Shown here in pieces: positions 60,701 to 64,000 of a DNA stretch of 64,000 nt (its first letter is position 1; each line of letters starts with the position of its first letter). The stretch comes from Peribolospora baueri. Its lineage: Eukaryota. The stretch lies in NCBI GenBank assembly GCA_029717555.1, contig JAMDHS010000009.1, forward strand, positions 186,001 through 250,000, given 5' to 3'. The notes beneath the pieces were generated by a model. It ran no database searches. It saw nothing but the letters and a program-made list of their open reading frames with translations, and was not told where the DNA came from. Made by a program: the position numbers and the translations under genes.

Positions 60701-63251
60701 GGCCGCGCGAGCTTGCGGAGCACATTCGCTCTGGGATCCGGAACAAGACTCGGTGCGAGGTCAGCATTGGCATCTCGTCCAACGTCCTGCTCGCCCGCCT
60801 CGCCACGCGGCGCGCCAAACCCGCCGGGTCATATCACCTCGTCCCTGGCGAGGTGGCCGACTTTCTAGCCCCGCTGGACGTCTCCGATCTCCACGGCGTT
60901 GGCTGGTCGACGGCGGCCAAGGTGGAGGAACGGTTTGGCACGACGAACGTGGGCGAACTGACGCGGCTAGCCAGCAAAGACAAGCTGGTTCAGCTGCTTG
61001 GACCCAGGGTTGGCGAGACGATGTGGAACGCTCTCAGGGGCATCGACGATAGGCAGGTGGAGACTTACAAGAGTCGGAAGAGCGTTAGCGCGGAGGTGAA
61101 CTACGGCATTCGATTCGAAACCGTCGACCAGGTCGAGGTGAGCAAGAGTGGATGGTTTCGTCCCTAACACGTTGCACCGGCTCACGGACTTGGGGTCTCT
61201 GTGCCGATTTTGACTTGACTCTTGCCCTATAGCGTTTCTTTCGCGGCCTCGCCGCTGAAGTCTCCAGCCGACTGCGTGCCGTATCTCTTCGAGGACGTTC
61301 GCTCGCTCTCAAGATCATGGCGCGACATCCGGACGCTCCGATTGAGGCGCCCAAATTCATGGGACACGGCTGGTGCGAGATCCACAACCGATCGACGTCG
61401 CTAGCGCGGCGAGGGGTTGCCTCTGGAGGGGCGGTGGACGACGCGGACACGATCTTTGAAACCGCCTGGGCGGTGATGCAAGAGTTGAGGCTCGATCCGA
61501 AGGAGCTCCGTGGAATCGGCATTCAAGTTCAAAAACTCGAAGGCCACGCTGGGAAGGAGAGGGTCGTGCTGGAGAAAGGGCAGCGGAGACTGCCGTTCGG
61601 ACGCAAGGAGGACATGGCCGAAGCATCTGCTAGGGACCGACCGGGCGGCGACGTCCTGACACCGGCAATGGAACGCAGTCCTTCAGGAGACGGTCCATCT
61701 GGGACTGATGATGAATTCGCACCCGCCGAGCGACCTTCCTTCAACCCTCCAACCGTCATCGCTCCGACGCTGCCTCTCAATCGAGGTGATGATAACCCTT
61801 CAGAAGACCCTACGTCGCGACCTGCAACGATGCCTTTGAGGGCTATGGTTCCCGACGGCTTGGCCCAGATGGCGTCAGGTGGAGAGGGCGACGAGGAAGG
61901 CGGAGATGACGCGAAAGAGAAAGATGATGGCGCCGAGCCAAAGCTGAAGGAGGACGTGCGGCGGGCGAGTACAGAGGAGTTGTCGAAAGGGTACCCGAAC
62001 GCGCTGACACAGATCGTGGTCCCGACGCAGCTGGACGAGAGCGTGCTCGTCGCCATGCCGCCTGAGATCTTGGAGCAAATCGAGGCGGCCAAGGCGAGCA
62101 AGGTGGCCAAGGCGGCGGCGCCGATGACGCCGAAGCGACGGGCGAAGCAGGTGATGCAGGACGAGGGAGACCGCGACGATGATTCGGAGACGGAGCTCGG
62201 CGTGGCGACGCTGCCGGACTTTTCCGAGGTGGACCCGGAGGTCCTCGAAGCTCTGCCTTCATCGGTGCGAGAGGAGCTCAAGGCGGCTTACGCGGTAGGT
62301 GATCGCCCAAACAACTCTCGGCGTTCGCCGACGAAGCTGGCGAAGGAAGGCAAGGAGGAGGGCGGGCGGAAGGTGCCTCTGCCGAAGAAATGGAGTCCAC
62401 CGAAGAAGAACATAGGCGGACGGAGGCGCGGCGGGGGTGGCGGCGGCGGCAAAGCTTTGGGCTCAAGTCCGTTGAAGGAGCGCGGCCTGCAAAAGTTTGA
62501 CCAGTTGCAGATTCTGTTGATGGACCCAGGGCGGATCGCGGACTCGGAGCTATTGGAGCTCGAGATCGACCCGGAGTTCTTCGCTGGCATCCCCGCTGAG
62601 GACCAGCGGAACGTACTGCGACAACAATGGCAGAAGCGGCAGAGCGATCTGCGCCGTCGGAAGGAGGGTTGCAAGCTAGAGGCGATGGGGTGGGCGGAGC
62701 AGCGGAGGCGCGAGGCGGAGCACAAGGCCAGGCACTCGGGGGCACTCGAGGGACAGACCTCAGCCTGCGGCGCCGGGGCCGCTGTCGCCTATGGGCCGGC
62801 GGCGAGGCGGGGTGGAACGTCAGGATCGATATTGGTGAACGGCGTCGGCGTCGCTGTCCCGGCGCTCCATCGGCGATCGTCGGCGAACGAGATCCGAGAA
62901 CTGGTGTCGACGTGGTTCGCAACGTGCGTGGCCGAAGGGCTGGCGCCAGAGCCGGAGGACGTGGAGCGGGTGGCGGCTTTCGTGCTGGACAGCCTCGACG
63001 TCGACCGTCGTACGGGCCGACTGGGGCAGGCGAGGGTGGCGGTGGAGAAGGTGGCTGCGGTGCTCGCGTGGTGGCGACATGTCCTGCGAAAGCGTTGGAG
63101 CCGTCGCGGTGACGCCGAAGCGGTCGTTCCGGACGTCCCGGACGACGAGGCTCGGCTCAGGGAGCGCTGGTGGAGCGCGTTCGAGTGCGTGAAAGCACGG
63201 GCGGACGAGGCGATGCGCGCTCGGTTCGGAGCGCCGCTGTCGCTCGATTGA
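57770..63251 (+). CDS. REV1: Y-family deoxycytidyl transferase / translesion polymerase Rev1
   Basis: BRCT domain ('IFKGVSVY|INGYT...QHGG...THIVAQN|LTPAK...VVTPSWILDS'); 'FFEKSRLHHLSTWK'; 'MHVD|FDSFF'; 'IASCNYVARTFGVKNG'; 'SVDEA'; 'LARLATRRAKPAG'; 'RKSVSAEVNYGIRF'; UBM-like repeats ('VDPEVLEALPSSVREEL'); C-terminal Rev1 interaction domain. Confidence 0.95.
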
Positions 63252-64000
63252 TGTTAGCTTTTGTTTTGTTTGGTTACTTTCTGTTTCGTTTCCGCGCGCA
63301 CTTCGTGTACCTCGTCGGGTTGGCGTACTAGGACTAACGGTGGGTTGTATCATCGTGTCAGTCTCGGACAATTTGCGTACTGTTTGTTGTACTGTATGTA
63401 CTGTAAGGACTGTGCTGGATAGCGGTCGCGCGGCGAGTCAGGATGCTCTGAGGGAGATGACGTACCAGCGGGGAGACGCTGGCCGGAGTCGGACTTGACA
63501 TGTGAGCAAGGCACATAAACGACTAGTAGTTGCAGAAAGCACGTTCTAGTCACTGCTGGTGCTGTACGCTCCTCCGTCCCGGCCGGCCTCTCAGGGACGG
63601 GGCTCGCACACGTTCTTTCCTTCATTGCTTGCTTGCTTGCTCGCCCCAGCAGCGGTGATGTGGCGAGCGAAAGCGGCGACGATGGCGAGATGGCGAGCCG
63701 GGCGACGACGTGCGCGGCAGACGGGCGACGATGATTGGGAGGCGGTACGCATTCGTCTTCGCCCATGCCATGTCGCCCATCACGTGCTCGTCGGAATCGA
63801 TGCAATTTATTTGACGTGATCGTTGCGCATTATATTTCTTTCTAATTCGAATCGATTGGGCCGTGTTTACTGTGCTTGCTTGCCGCCTCGCTTGCGACTC
63901 GCTCGATTCGGCCGCGAAACCGCGGCGTTGGTCATTCGACCACCACCGCCGTCGTCGGACCACTTACGCCTCCGGACGGCCCTCGCCTTCGTCGTTAGCA

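Overview
GC-rich, intron-rich eukaryotic DNA. The gene set and the GTGAGT/GTGCGT...CTGAC...YAG introns point to a basidiomycete fungus. About 21 protein-coding genes can be reconstructed by splicing: a divergent AusD-like methyltransferase, a multi-KH RNA-binding protein, ferric reductase, amino-acid permease, secreted GH23 lytic transglycosylase, DHHC palmitoyltransferase, Urg1/Urc1, a GPI-type surface protein, Yippee, Tsr3, Rtr1/RPAP2, an Ssu1-type transporter, an unknown membrane protein, DAHP synthase, D-lactate dehydrogenase, NDUFS4, a START protein, an RraA-like aldolase, a Pmp3-like protein, an ENT transporter and Rev1. The first ~14 kb is gene-sparse and microsatellite-rich; the rest is gene-dense. 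The most notable observation is that the conserved KH-protein gene begins abruptly mid-protein at a splice acceptor with an extreme poly-U tract, and its conserved N-terminal half is not visible anywhere in the window (trans-splicing, gene split or mis-assembly). Other findings are a copia LTR/PBS/gag relic, a putative pseudo-methyltransferase, several micro-exons, GC-AG introns, and clustered E-box and GATAA promoter motifs. Family assignments come from recalled motifs, not database searches, and exon boundaries were inferred by eye.
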